A stretch of 60,388 nt of DNA, counting the filler, from Piptocephalis cylindrospora (taxonomy: Eukaryota): the NCBI GenBank assembly GCA_003614145.1. It is 6 parts of 6 records of this genome, joined end to end, with 100 filler letters (N's around TTAATTAATTAA, not from the genome) between each part and the next. Parts side by side here need not be neighbours in the genome. Positions count along the whole stretch, not along the records: positions 10,143 to 20,173 come from KZ988055.1; positions 20,274 to 30,277 come from KZ988056.1; 4 more parts are not named here. One strand, given 5' to 3'. Made by a program: the position numbers and the translations under genes. Positions 12,664 through 25,648 of the stretch are shown in pieces (the stretch's first letter is position 1; every line of letters begins with the position of its first letter). The notes below the pieces were generated by a model. The model was given only the letters and a program-made list of their open reading frames with translations. It ran no database searches and had not been told where the DNA came from.

Positions 12664-14037
12664 TTACTTCTTGAAAATGGTTTTGGTGGTAACCTCCAGG
12701 GCACCAGTAGAGATGGAGTTTGGGTCGTGTGAGGAGCCTTCGGGCATGGAAGCATGCTTGGCAGAGGCGTACTCGTGGATGACGGAGCAGGAGCATTCGT
12801 GATGTGTGGCCAACTGTTCCCGAAGAAAGGAGACTTCCAGGTGAAGGGCAGTGACCTTGGAGCGTAGTTCATCATGCTCTTTTTGGGCATTCTCGGCCTT
12901 TTCCTCCAAGTCACGGATCCATGCCTTTTTCTTCTGGCGACATTTGGAAGCGGCAATGCGATTGCGTTCCAGGAAGCGCTGACGCCTCTCCTGCTCGGTC
13001 TCATCGAGTTCCGTTGAGTGGTCGGAAGAGATGGAGGGAGAAGGGGAGGACTGGGCCTTAGCGTCATTGAAGGAAGGGCTGGAGGGGGAGGGAGAAGAGG
13101 AGAAGGAGGACCTAGATCTCTTCCTCGGAGAGGAAGAGGTAGGGGAGGGGAGAAAAGAGGACTGGGAGAGGCTGGAGGCCTGAGCGGGCTTGGACTGGGA
13201 GACGCCGCTGCGAACAGGGCGAGGAAGGATTCTCACGCCGTCGGAGACGATGAAGTCAGATGACTTGACCGTGGGAAGTGGGGGGCGGTTGCACTGAATG
13301 ACAGGGGGAGGGAATTTCTTGGAGGGGATAATGCGATGCTCCTTGGGGTTCGACCGAATGGGCTGCTTCCGTCTGGAGGAGGAAGTGGTGGAAGTTACAG
13401 TAGGGGACATGGCTGATGGGCTTTGGGTGACCGGCGGACTCAGGGTAAGGTCCTGAGGGGCCATGGTCGTAGTAGCGATGGAGGCGGCGCCGGATGTAGC
13501 AGAGGAGAGGTCAGCCATGCTGGTCATGATGTTTCCATCCATCTGCCCCAACAGTGGAGATGGAGGGGAAGGGAGGGGCAATGAGACACCCGGTTCCCCT
13601 GAGGAGGTGTGGAGAAGGGCGGCGGAAAAGGCGGCGGAAAAGGCCTTTTCGGTGTTTGGAGTAAAGAGGGGAAGTGATCCAGCAGGGAGGGCCGGGCCCA
13701 TCGCGCCGACCATGGATCCTGAGGGTGGGCTGGGTGGGGAGAGTTCATCAGTGGTGGTGGTAGTGGGGTCCATGGCCATGCGCTTTCGCGGATCAGAGGC
13801 CGTCATGGTCATCGTGGGCATAGGGCGCGGGGCGGAAGAGGGTGGCTGGGAGGGGGCGAATGAAAATTCGAACGGGTTCACTTCGCTCATACCCGTGGGG
13901 TTGGTCGTGCCAAAGAGGGAGAGGGAGGGAGTAAGGTCGGAGGTGGGGTGTTCCATGATATATCTTGAGGGTGTGGACATACCACCGCCGACGGGGGTAT
14001 TCTCTTGAAGAGCTGCTGGAAGGGTACGTGGGGCCAT
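12664..14037 (-). CDS. ATF/CREB-family bZIP transcription factor (Atf1/ATF2-like)
   Basis: Basic region ERRQRFLERNRIAASKCRQKKKAW plus a leucine zipper ending QLATHHECSC. N-terminal EVNPFEFSF resembles the Aft1 OSA motif. The first plausible ATG is at 14037 after a CT-rich tract; the track ORF begins at a non-ATG codon. Confidence 0.9.
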   Translation of the reverse strand: MAPRTLPAALQENTPVGGGMSTPSRYIMEHPTSDLTPSLSLFGTTNPTGMSEVNPFEFSFAPSQPPSSAPRPMPTMTMTASDPRKRMAMDPTTTTTDELSPPSPPSGSMVGAMGPALPAGSLPLFTPNTEKAFSAAFSAALLHTSSGEPGVSLPLPSPPSPLLGQMDGNIMTSMADLSSATSGAASIATTTMAPQDLTLSPPVTQSPSAMSPTVTSTTSSSRRKQPIRSNPKEHRIIPSKKFPPPVIQCNRPPLPTVKSSDFIVSDGVRILPRPVRSGVSQSKPAQASSLSQSSFLPSPTSSSPRKRSRSSFSSSPSPSSPSFNDAKAQSSPSPSISSDHSTELDETEQERRQRFLERNRIAASKCRQKKKAWIRDLEEKAENAQKEHDELRSKVTALHLEVSFLREQLATHHECSCSVIHEYASAKHASMPEGSSHDPNSISTGALEVTTKTIFKK

Positions 14038-16612
14038 GTGGGGATGATCAGTGAGGACGAGGGAAAGGATTGAAAGAGTGAGGGTGAGGGTGAGGGAAGG
14101 GAAGGAAAGGGAAGGGGCAAGTATAGGCAACAAGGGTGCAGAGCTTAAACGGAAGGAGCGGGGGAAGCAGGGGAATCGTGGATAAATTCAGGACTAGAGG
14201 AGCGAACCCGTTCAAGCTTTATAGCCGTCCAGTCGGTCCTTGGACTGATCCTTCCTCGCCGCCACCACCACCCGCTGCCAAGGCTGGGGCGCACGGAGGC
14301 CGCCGGCGGCCACACCCCCCCCTCTAGGGGGCCACCTCTCCTTGATTGAGTACAGTGGGGGGCGGAGACACTCGATGACTGCGGGGATGGGCCCTTGTGT
14401 GTATGGGGACGGATCTCTCCTCATCTCGCTGCCACACCAATAGTGTAAGTGCGCATGTGGGGAGAGAACGGGGGGAAGAAGGAGCTTTGACTGCTTCTCT
14501 ATCGCTCATAGTCGTATCAGGATGTGTGTGCCCCGTCATAGAGAAGCATGTAGAAACAAGAGCGTACATACACATACACTTCCGATATCAGTGAAAGGGA
14601 GACTGGCCTACATCGGGTCATATTCTCGCATCTCAACCCTACAAATCACCACCCCGCATCTCTCTCCCGTCACCCCCCCATCCAGACTCACCTTTCCATT
14701 TTCGGTCCACATTTCCTCATTACGGGGGAGGAGGCGACTCTGCATCCTCCAGGGACACACACTTGCTGCTCAGGCATAGGCACATCCCCTCTCTTTCTAT
14801 CTCCGAACCACAGTAGAGGAACACAACCACTCTCTGCCTCTTCCAAAGTGAATGACATCATCATGAGCCGTTTTTCTCTCACACTATATCATTGCATCTC
14901 TCACCGGAGCCTTCGTTGGCCAATAACAGATCTAGCATTCTGGTGGGGCACGGCGAAAAGTGACACCTTTTTCTCCCCATGGTGCTATACTATCACCACT
15001 TTTGCCGATAAATGACGGCGAGAGAGAAGGTTTTAAACTCCTACCCTCAATTCACCATTCTACGCACTGAAAAGGTGAAGATTCAGGCTATCAACGTAAT
15101 CATTATCGTATTGTCTCTCTTCTTCTCCTAAAACGGACATATTTCTCAAGGAGACATTGGGCACAGCCCCTAGTCAGATCTCCGCTCCTCTCCTATCTCC
15201 CTCTCCTACATCTTCTAGCACCTCCTCGGCAATTCGTTCATCATTTCAACACGTGTATCGTAGATCCATTGTCGTGCCTTTATTTCCCTTCTCCTTCATC
15301 CTCACTCCAAGCCTTATCGTTCCCTTTACCCGTAGATACATGGGTCTCTCAGGTCCCAGATCTTTTCTACCCCTCCCATCGAGCCTTCGTCCACATTAGG
15401 AAACTACCCCTCCCCTTGCTTCCCGATATGGCTCCGGAAAAAGCGAAAGGGGTTGTGCTCTATAGTCAAGACTCCGATCCCCACAGAGGAAATTTATCCT
15501 ACCGTCCTCTAGAAAGACAAAGGCATGCTCTTTTTTCTTGGCACTCATCCTCTAGCCCCGAATGTCGCTTTCTTGGTATCTTTCTTAGTCATGAACCCTC
15601 CCTCCCATTGAATCATCTATCTCCAATTCATAGATAACCCCCTTTCATAGGCACAACTGACTTTTGTTTACGGACGTCCCCTTACCATGAGTACATCTGA
15701 CCCTTACTTGTAGGTGACTGATTGATTGATAAAATTTTTATATTTTCCCTCAGTGGGGTAGGCTGTTGGGACTTGTAGGTGACCTTTTATACCATGGATA
15801 TGCTACATCCTTGTAAATGCCTTCCTCTCATAGATACACTTGACTTTGACTTTGCACACAACATGGGCACTTCCCTATACCAATGCTATTATTTAGCCCT
15901 CTGGCTAGCAATATGATACTCCCCAGCCTTAAGCTCAAGTCCATCCATAGTGTCTGATAGATATTTTTGCTTATGAGTATCCCGGCTGTTGAGGTAAATT
16001 ATTGGGCTCGGCTATCCAGAAAGAGAAGAGCCGATATACTGGTCAATGGTGATGATAAAGCCGGTTTATTCTCCCTCATGGGGCAGATCACAGGATATCC
16101 GAACGATGATGATGATAAAGCCATTTTATTTTCCTCAGTGGGGTAGGCGGATGGGCATCCGATGGGTATCCGAACGATATACTGGTCAATGGTTAAATTA
16201 CCCTATCATTGAAAATGAGATAAAATAATGCACACGTTCTCACACAGTGCACATCCCATCAGCAGGCCAACTTATCCAACATAGTTAGCCTAGTGTGGAG
16301 GCCCCAAAAAACATATGGTTTTTTTTATCCAAGCAGACTGACTTGTTTATGATACTATTTAGATATTCATCAGCTAGCTTTATCGAGCGAAAACGAACCA
16401 GTCGGATCATCATCAGTCATGCAGATGTGCCCATGATTACTCTTTTAACATCACGTTCATGCCTCTCTCCTCCTGACGACGACTAGCCTTGCACATACAG
16501 TATCACCAACCAAAGCCCGTCATGCGACACACACACGACACACAGGCCATAACAAACATACGGATCAAAATAGATTATTCCCACCCTCTCATGTCCCCAA
16601 ACATAATCCAGT

Positions 16613-19600
16613 TTACTTCCGGGTCAAGCGTTCGGCAAACCGACTCCGCTCCTCCGGGGAGAGTCGCTCCATGAGGGCCTCGAGCACCATTGTCCCATTC
16701 CCTCCTTCCTCCTGGAGCATGCTCTCAACGTTCCCTCGTACCCACGACTTGTGCATCTCCCGGAATCGCTCGCGGAGGCTTCCCTCTACGCCACCACCTC
16801 CTCCTTCCCCACTGCTTCCGGGTGTCAGCATCAGCGCTCTCCATTCTCCACGCATCCACCGCGCCATCCCTTCGTCCTCCATTTCCCAGTCTGTCGGGTC
16901 AATCCCTGCGCATGCCTCGGCCCACTCACGCACCCACGTGCGGCCTTGGGCCCATGACTTGCTTGGATCTGCCCTCCTCACTGCATCCACTAACCTATCC
17001 TCCACCAGCAGACGACGCAACCTCCATCCGAGTACCCGACGCGCTTGCGACCACTCAACCACTCGTCTCACCACCCCCTTGGCCTTCATCCGACCCGGGG
17101 TATCGTGGAGCTGCGCAAAGTGCCGTGCAACCCCAGAGTAGATCGGGAGCAACTGTTCTTGTCTTCCATCTAGCTCCCGCTTCAGCTCTGCCCTCTCTTC
17201 CATTGGTGTACCGGGATCCCCGAGGGACCCGTGAAGCGTCTTGATCTGCTCATCCAATCGCGCCATCGTCCCGAGGATATGCGGCTTACGGTACTTAACT
17301 TCAACCAGACCTTCGGGTTCCAGGATCCCGGCCCTCGATGCTGCATCCGCATACATCTCCAGATGACCTTCTGGGTTGATCGTCGGATCAAGCACCACCC
17401 AGGCCCCTCCTCTCAACTCGCCACGCGGGACAATGTACACCAGGGCTGGTCGATCGTACGTTCGAAGTTCATCCACGATTCGCGAGCCAAACTTCAATAC
17501 TTCTTCATACATGTCCCTCTGACCTCCAGAGAATCCACGCCAATTCGCCAAGATGAGCAGGGGAAGCCGTTCACCTCGACGGAAATCGGCGATTGCCTGC
17601 GCCGTCTTAGCTGCTGAGTTCGGATACCACACTTGACCCGCCTCCTTGATCGTTTGTTCCTCGCTCGTCGGATCCGCCGGGTCTGCGGGTACTCTTCGCT
17701 CCACTGTCCGCGTTTCTACGGCAATCACCCCAAGTGCCTCTCCGCCTAGCCGACCACGACCCACCACCACAGTCTTGGCCCACCCGGACAGGGACTCTCT
17801 CCAAGTTCCCTTGTCCAAAAGGCCTGGAAGCCACTTAGTCCTATTGCCCTCGGGCGTCTCCATTCCTTCTAGCCCTTCTTGATCGCCCTCCTCGTCCACT
17901 TCAACCTCCTTTCCAGTCAGGAGCCAGCGGGGATCGTAGGCTTCCCCGGTGCTAGGGGGCATATAGTCCACGGAACGGTCCAATGGGTCCACGCTCTTTC
18001 CACTTCCCCCGTTTCCACCTTGTCCGACCTTGCCCCCACTCTTCTCTTTTTCCCGCTCCTCAGCCCAAATCGGATCTTCCTGGTAAATGGCTTGGACCGA
18101 TGAGGGAACATAAGATAGCCATTCCAGAAGGGATTGAACCCCTTCAAGATCATTACGAGCCGTAAGGTGGGAAACACCATTACGATGCATAATCTGCGTG
18201 CCTCCAAGTTGTAAGTTCGACGCATATACCTCCCGACCCAGCACCTTGTTGAGAGCAGGAGCCCCCGTCAAGATGATCGGCTGTCCCTCATTCTGCACCG
18301 TTCTTTGCCCGAGTCTCACGAGGTAAGCACCAATCCCCACGGATCGACAGGACACTAGTGTCGCCGTGAAAATATCTTCATAGGCCCTAGAGGTCTCCCC
18401 AGCAATCCTTCCGGATCCTCGAAGGTTCTCCACTCCAAGACCATCCTGCCGACCAATGATGTCTGTGATGACATATCGTGTCTCCATGGTCCCTTGCCCA
18501 TCCACCTCAACCTCCCGTCGCTCCACGTTCACACTTGCATTTCCCTCCCCACCTAGGGTCGTGTAGTCCTCGGGTGTGAGGTACAAGTACGAAACGCCCG
18601 ACTCTGGCCGTCCTTCCTCCTCCCATCCTACTCGGAAGACTCGCATCACCTCCTCGGCCAATCCGATACGAGCACCGCTATTGGCCGAGAGGTACAACCG
18701 AGGAATCCCCCTCTCCCGGGCCAGGATCGAAGCCCTCTCAAATACCTCATCTTCCTCCACACCAAAGGATCCAATCTGATAGGTAATGTCGTTGGAAATC
18801 ACCACAATCTCCCGACCCTTGGGATACTCTGGGGTACAGAGGGTCATCAACCAAGCTACCATCCCGCACGCATTGGAGCCTGTAGAAGGTGGGAGGAATG
18901 AGAAAACAATGCGATGAGGAAGTAATAAAACACGCACACACAGAAAAACACGACACATAGCTTACCTGGTGGTCGGTCAAGGATCTGGACATGTCCTTCA
19001 TGATCCCAGACAAGCTCTCGGACAGTCAACATCTCCTCCCTCTTCAGACCCCGGGCCCCGCCAGTCCCGCCGTTGGACCAGGGAGCTGAAGCCCATAGGG
19101 TTTCCAGGGCCGAGCGGAACAATTCGGGAAAGTCGTAAACATAGGTCGTACCCATGACATGGGCCTTGTATCGACGGGGCTGGAGCCATTCCTTGGTCTG
19201 GTAGGGCGTGTCCACAGGCAAAAGATGCATGGATCCTCTGCCCATCCCCGAGGGGTCCGCCCCATCCAGTGTGTCCAGGGACTTGAAGACCCAGACGCCG
19301 GGACCTGACTTGGGGTCTTCCACTTCCACGTACGTCTCCATCCGGAGGATGAACCCGGACACATTAGTGACAGAGAAGCGAATAGGCAAGGGTTCAGATT
19401 GCCGGGAGGTCAGGGCATTGAACCGGATCTCCGCCCCAGTGACTCGAAGCCTCCAGAGACGCTGACCATGTCGGTCAATGAAGCCCCGAAGGGCCTCAGT
19501 GACTTGTTCAGGCTCCAGGACAAAGGCAGGAAGGAAGGAAATGAATAGGTGGTTGCAATCACTGTTTCCACGTTCAGCCGACACCACTTCCAAGGCATCC

Positions 19601-20109
19601 AGAATTTCGGTGACCAAACGGTCTGATTCGGAGATAAGATAGGCCGCCGTCTGAACTGGGGACCGGAGACGACCTGGTCGCACCAAGGCCCGGACGAAGA
19701 AGCGGCAATCTGAAGCGTTATCCCGACCCCGGGCATAGTAGATGTGCAATTGACGGTTAGGTACCAGGCAGGGCTCCAGAGTAAAGGCCCTCAACCTCCC
19801 AAGCTCCAGCTGATAGGCTAGACCAGGATCGACGTGTCGAATGGTCCGATCCTCCGTCCAACCCAGCTTGGCTCGGAACGTCATCATCCCAGGCTGTTCC
19901 CGGGCCCGAACCAAAAGGACAGTGAGACGACGCAGGCCATGTCGGGTTAAAGCATCTTTTCGGGCCTGTACCATTCCCGTCAATTTTTCTGCCCAGCCTT
20001 CATCCTCAGCCCGATCTCCCTGAAGGGATTCAGATTCAGCCTTAGTAGTGGACGCTGGAAGTTCAATGACCAAGTTCAGCACATGCTTGGATGAATTTTC
20101 CGAGGGGGC
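16613..20109 (-). CDS. ACC1: acetyl-CoA carboxylase, central and carboxyltransferase domains; 5'-truncated
   Basis: [110 protein letters not shown]. Intron at 18965-18880. Confidence 0.98.
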
Positions 20110-20173
20110 CTAAAGGGGGATGGATGAAGGATACGTAAGGAACACTGGTCGTACCCTCTATTCTATATTCGAC

Positions 20174-20273
20174 NNNNNNNNNNNNNNNNNNNNNNNNNNN
20201 NNNNNNNNNNNNNNNNNTTAATTAATTAANNNNNNNNNNNNNNNNNNNNNNNNNNNNNNNNNNNNNNNNNNNN
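20174..20273. other. artificial contig linker
   Basis: 44 N + TTAATTAATTAA + 44 N. Confidence 0.98.
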
Positions 20274-20321
20274 GCTCTCCCTTCCCCCTCTCCCCACGCC
20301 GTTCCTGGATATACCCTACAG

Positions 20322-20644
20322 GGATGGGTCATACGGAGTGGAAAGAGGGTTCCTTGAATGCTCTTACCCCGGAGGAAAAGAGTCGTTTGGCTGAGATCCG
20401 TAGGAAAGTGAATAGGGTAAAGTCTTGCAAGGAAAGGGCTGCTGAGGCGCTTCGTCGTGCTCTTGAGTGGGCTAGTACCCCTGAAGGAAAGGATGCTCAA
20501 AAGGATCCGGTCGAGGCCTTTGCTGAGCATGCCGCGGCGCTCAAAATCTCCCTACTTGAAGCGCAGAAATGCAAGCCCATTGAGCTCTCCGACAAGGATC
20601 TTTCCCCTCAGGCGGTCAACGAGGCCTTGTCACGGAGCTCCTGA
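20322..20644 (+). CDS. hypothetical helical protein, probably the last exon of a 5'-truncated gene
   Basis: Open, protein-like frame (LTPEEKSRLAEIRRKVNRVKSCKERAAEALRRALEW...) after a pyrimidine tract and CAG acceptor at the contig start. No family recognised. Confidence 0.5.
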
Positions 20645-21904
20645 TGTGAATTGGCAGTGCATGTGGTTCATCTCTTCTCCTACTTTAGGAGGGATTCTTC
20701 GATCACGATCGGATATGAATGGTTGGCCCCGTTTCTATCCCTGACCTATTCTTCTTTCCTCCTTGAGTCAATAGATTTGCTTCTTCTTTTTTTCTTTTGA
20801 TAACTGAATATGTACTGCTCTTGGAGGCTCATTCTGCTCTCCTCAATAGACATGGCCCTTCTATCGGATGATGATCTTTCTATCAGAGCAAGGCCGTTTT
20901 CATCGTGAAAGTGGATTTGACGTGTCAACATCTGCTTATACTTCTCAAACGCACTATATTACGATATTGGCCCCAGCTTCCATAGCCAATTCATGTTTCA
21001 TAGAGAGTTGCTCAAGCAAAGCACTTGGCCAGACACGTCCATCCACATGCATGGCTGGACCATGAAATGCCTCGGGTCCCTGACAAGACGTGTACTTTTT
21101 CTTCTGGGAACCCTCGCTGTCTTGGATTGGTCCTTGTTTTTAGATAAGCGAGAAAGGAAGGGAGGTCCTGGTGTAGACAGGAGAGCGTCTGCCGAATCTG
21201 GCTAGCGCACCATTCTAGATCTGTTTTCGTGAAAAAGATCAATTTCCCTCCCTATTTCGATCCCCCCAGCCAATCCCTTGTCCTTTCCTTATCATGCCGC
21301 CGCCTTCTCTCGTCGTGGCTCTATCCACCTTGAACAAGAACAAAAAAAACTCCGTCATTGGTCTTTATGTGTCTCCCAACCACGGCTTGACACACCTGCA
21401 CAGCCCATCCATATCTCCTTGGTGCTTAAAGAGCGAGGGCGGGGGTGAGCACAGAAGAGGCACAGAGAGAGAGACACAGACATAGACACAGACACAAAGG
21501 CACGAAGACATAGCAAATGCTGTGAATGGATTCTTTCCTCCTTCCCCCCGTCCCCCTCTTCAATGACTGGTTCTAAAAATGGATCTCCCCCTCCCTTCAC
21601 CCTGATGCTATACACTCCGCTCTTCCTTTCCCCTCCACCCATCCGAGTTCCCCCGCTTGGACTCGACCACGGCAACAACGACGACGTTTACTACTACTGC
21701 TGTTACTACTGTCCTATGAACCCATCCCTGTAGGGTATATCCAGGAACGGCGTGGGGAGAGGGGGAAGGGAGAGCCGGTCAAGTCAAGGAAGTCCAGTCC
21801 AGCCACTACCACTATCACTACAGCTGCCGCTGCCACTACCATCACCACCGCTCTCACCCACTACTCCGACCCCCTTTCAAGAGACACTACGAACGAGCAT
21901 CCAG

Positions 21905-21910
21905 TATAAA
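21905..21910 (+). promoter_or_regulatory. putative TATA box of PSA1
   Basis: TATAAA 160 bp upstream of the ATG, followed by a CT-rich tract. Confidence 0.4.
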
Positions 21911-22064
21911 GACTAGGCCAGTTACCCACCGCAATGTCTCGCCAAGCCCCTTCCCTCAGGCATATACCTTGACCCTTCTTCTCTTTTTACCCTTCCTTCC
22001 CCTTCCCCCTCCCCTTCCCTTACCTACCTATACTTCCCCTCCCTTCCTCTCCCCCCACAAAACA

Positions 22065-23156
22065 ATGAAGGCTCTTATTCTCGTCGGCGGATTCGGTACG
22101 CGTCTCCGCCCCCTTACCCTCACCCTACCCAAGCCCCTAGTCGAGTTCGCCAACAAGCCCATGATCCTCCATCAGATTGAGGCCTTGGTCAAGGCCGGAG
22201 TCAAGGACATTATCCTGGCGGTTAACTACCGTCCCGAGGTCATGGTGGATATTCTGCAAAAGTACGAGGCCGAGTACGGTGTCAACATCACCTTCTCTCT
22301 CGAGACAGAGCCTCTGGGCACCGCAGGCCCCTTGGCCTTGGCCCGGGATATCCTCAGCAAGGACGACTCGCCCTTCTTCGTCCTCAACTCGGACGTCATC
22401 TGCGACTTCCCCTTCGAGGCCCTCCGCGACTTCCACCAGTCTCATGGGGCCGAAGGCACCATTGTCGCCACCAAGGTCGAAGATCCCAGCAAGTACGGTG
22501 TCATTGTCACCACCGGTGGTTCCTCCCAGATCGACCGCTTCGTCGAGAAGCCCGTTCAGTTCGTGGGCAACCGCATCAACGCTGGTATCTACGTCCTCAG
22601 CCCCTCGGTCCTCTCCCGTATCGAGCTGAGGCCCACCTCCATTGAAAAGGAGGTCTTCCCCGCCATGGCTGCTGACCGTCAGCTTCACACCTTTGACCTC
22701 GAGGGCTTCTGGATGGACGTGGGTCAACCCAAGGACTTTCTCACCGGCACCTGCCTTTACCTCGGCTCCCTGGCCCAAAAGTCCCCCGATCTCCTCGTCC
22801 CCCAGTCCGCCCCCTATCTCCACGGAGGGAATGTCCTCGTCGACCCCACCGCCCGCATTGGTGCCGACTGCAAGATCGGCCCCAACGTTGTCATCGGTCC
22901 CGGGGTCGTCATTGGCGATGGCGTCCGTCTCCAGAGATGTGTCCTCCTCAAGGGTGCTCGTGTCAAGGATTACGCCTGGATCAAAAACACCATTGTTGGA
23001 TGGCATTCCAACATCGGTCGCTGGTCTAGGCTCGAGGGTGTCACCGTCCTCGGCGACGATGTCACGGTCAACGATGAAATCTACGTCAATGGTGGCTGCG
23101 TCCTTCCTCACAAGAGCATCTCCGCCTCCATCACCTCTCCGTCAATTATCATGTAG
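22065..23156 (+). CDS. PSA1: mannose-1-phosphate guanylyltransferase (GDP-mannose pyrophosphorylase)
   Basis: [41 protein letters not shown]...EPLGTAGPL...[12 protein letters not shown], hexapeptide repeats and a C-terminal VLPHKSI. Intronless, 363 aa. Confidence 0.98.
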   Translation: MKALILVGGFGTRLRPLTLTLPKPLVEFANKPMILHQIEALVKAGVKDIILAVNYRPEVMVDILQKYEAEYGVNITFSLETEPLGTAGPLALARDILSKDDSPFFVLNSDVICDFPFEALRDFHQSHGAEGTIVATKVEDPSKYGVIVTTGGSSQIDRFVEKPVQFVGNRINAGIYVLSPSVLSRIELRPTSIEKEVFPAMAADRQLHTFDLEGFWMDVGQPKDFLTGTCLYLGSLAQKSPDLLVPQSAPYLHGGNVLVDPTARIGADCKIGPNVVIGPGVVIGDGVRLQRCVLLKGARVKDYAWIKNTIVGWHSNIGRWSRLEGVTVLGDDVTVNDEIYVNGGCVLPHKSISASITSPSIIM

Positions 23157-23305
23157 TGTATGCCTGTCCATGCTGGAAGGGGTGTTGGGAGGCATGAGGA
23201 TGGGAATTTATACCCTTGTTGTTAACATTGGATGTGTGGGTGGGTCTTTGCTTGATGATGAGGAGTGTCATGTCTTTCCTGTCTTTACCACTACTGCTGC
23301 CGCTG

Positions 23306-23392
23306 CTACTCCTATGACTATGGCACTACTCCTATGACTATGACACTACTACTATTACTACGGCACTACTATTACTATGACACTACTCCTAT
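23306..23392. repeat. degenerate ~21-bp tandem repeat
   Basis: ctactcctatgactatg(g/a)ca-like units, about 4 copies, downstream of PSA1. Confidence 0.75.
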
Positions 23393-23743
23393 TCCCCCCC
23401 TATCATCCCCACATCCCCTTCCTTCTCACACATTCAATGCACAATACATGCCTGCACCTGACTTCTCGCGCGGATATGTACCACCCTCTTGTCGGAGTTG
23501 AAGGTGAGAAGAGACGGAGAGAGAGAGATCAAATGGAATGAGGACGCGCCATGGCGACAACCCAAACTCTATGGCCTTCTCTCTTCATCTTCCCTCTGCT
23601 TGACCTGATCTGGGCTAATTAAATCTCATTTCTCTCTCTCTTGCTCTTTCCCCCCTCTCCTTTCCTCTCCTCTCCTCTCCTCTTCTCAACCCTTCCCCCC
23701 CTTTCAGTCGCTCTTCCTCCCCCCCTCCCCTTCCCTCATCGCC

Positions 23744-25526
23744 ATGCCCTTGATAGGTAAAGTCCGTGGCTTCTTTCGTCGTACAGACGAGGGTGAGGTG
23801 TGTCCTCCCTTGGACCCAACCTCCATCGACTCCCTCGTCACTGTCCTCTCCTTCCCCGAAGCGGCCAGCAATGTCCCCAAGGTCCTGGATGCCCTAGTCG
23901 CCCTATGCTCCACCAACGCCCCAGATACCACTTCCACCGACACTCCCATCCTTACCTTTAATTTAACTCCCCTGGCCAAGCCCGTCGCCAGCAAAGTATG
24001 TTTCTCCACCACCTCTACCCTTCCTGCCCTCCTAACAACACACACTCATCCCTCCGCCCCCCCAGGTCCTCTCAGAGTACATCCAAGTCGCTGAAACTGC
24101 CCTCGGCGTCATCCGCTATCTATTGGAAAATCACATCTCCACCCTGACCCTCCACGCTCCCATATTCGTCCCTGCCCTGCTTCATCTCGCCTTCCATCCC
24201 CCACCCGCTTCCTGGATCCCCGACCCGGTTGCATCATCTCCTTGGAAATCCTTCTTTTCTAGATCTACCCCGACGGACCCCTCCAAGAAAGAGGAGGACA
24301 TAGAAGACGAGGATGAGGACAAGGATACTAGAGCCGCTCAGGCCCATCGACTCCTACAGGATATGGTCATCACTCATCATCTCCCACAGATCGTGTCCTT
24401 GCTCTGTCGCCATCTCTCCGTCTCGCCCTCGGCCCTTTATCCCCCAGAGCCCTCCACCGAGGGTGGGGATGAGGAGGAAAAGGGACCTCAGCATACCCAC
24501 CATGATGAACCCATCTCAGAACAAGTCGTCGAATGGATCGCCACCGCCGTAGAGACCATCCCCCCCTCCCTTCTTCTCCCTTATGCCGCCGATCTGGAGG
24601 AAATGATCCAAAAGTCCGCTCTCGATCCCTCCTTGGAGGTCCGTCAGTGCAGTGTTCGTGTCTATCTCCTCTACCTTCGACTTCCCTCCCCATCCTCCTC
24701 CCCCTCCCCGGCTCACACCTTTCAAGCCACCATGTCCGAGCCCGTCCGAAAGAGCCTGTCCGCCGGCCTGCGCTCTGCCCTAATCCAACGAAAGGCACAT
24801 CGTTCCCCTTCCACAAAGTCCGATGAATCGGTCTCCCCTACCTCCCCTCGCTCCCTTATCCTGGGCACTTGGCCCAGATCCCTATCCGCCGAGGATTCTA
24901 CTCGACCCTCTCCTCCCCCGGCCCGCATCAACCGACGCTCCACCCTAATGAGCGGAGCCAAAAGACGGTGGAGGGACTCCCGTACCTCTAGCATGCTCCT
25001 GCCCACCCCTACCCCTCGCATCGAACTATCAGGTCTCTCCTCCCCCTCCAGTAAACATCTCCCTGGATCCGATAAGGATGACTTTGTCTCGGGTGCTCTG
25101 GCTGGTCTAGGGAAGATCCAGGCCCATCCTGCGGTGGAAGAGGATGAAGAGCCAGGAGAGGACCAAGAGGGCGATTGTGCTTCGGATCAGGGCCTTGCTC
25201 CTCCCCTCGGTAGAGGTGACAAGTCCAAATCGGTCAGACCAAGTCGGTCCGATAGCGGCCTCCCCATCTTATCCGATGGTGACAACGGTGTCTCCACAGC
25301 CAAGGGCAAAGGGGGGAGCACTGTCAAGGCCAGTTCCTGGAGCTTACGTCGTGGTCTGTCTGTAAGTCCCCTTCCCCCTAGTCTTCTTCCTTAACTCCAC
25401 TCATCCCTCCCTTGTCTCCAGAGCCTTTGGAGAGGCGGTAGTAGCCAAGGTCCGTCCCCTACCGTCCAACCCACTCTAGTCGTAGGACAGAATGACGTCG
25501 ATGCCACCGGCATCTCTTCCAAGTAA
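23744..25526 (+). CDS. HEAT/TOG (CLASP N-terminal-like) protein with a Ser/Pro-rich tail
   Basis: Exons 23744-23995, 24066-25361, 25422-25526 splice in frame. SEYIQVAETALGVIRYL and LEEMIQKSALDPSLEVRQCSVRVY resemble CLASP_N HEAT repeats (weak, recalled). Confidence 0.6.
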
Positions 25527-25648
25527 TCCTCCCTCTCTTTTTTCTTCTTGATCTATTTCTTTTACTATTTGATTATATCCTTTCTGCTTTTTGACCTGTT
25601 CTTCCTCTTCTTTTCCTTCTTCCTGGTTTAACTTCACCATCCATCCCC

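Noticed and set aside
22137..23337. 324-aa antisense ORF and other overlapping ORFs over PSA1
   Set aside because: Same codon-bias shadow effect, also seen over PDB1 (38018-39216) and ACC1.
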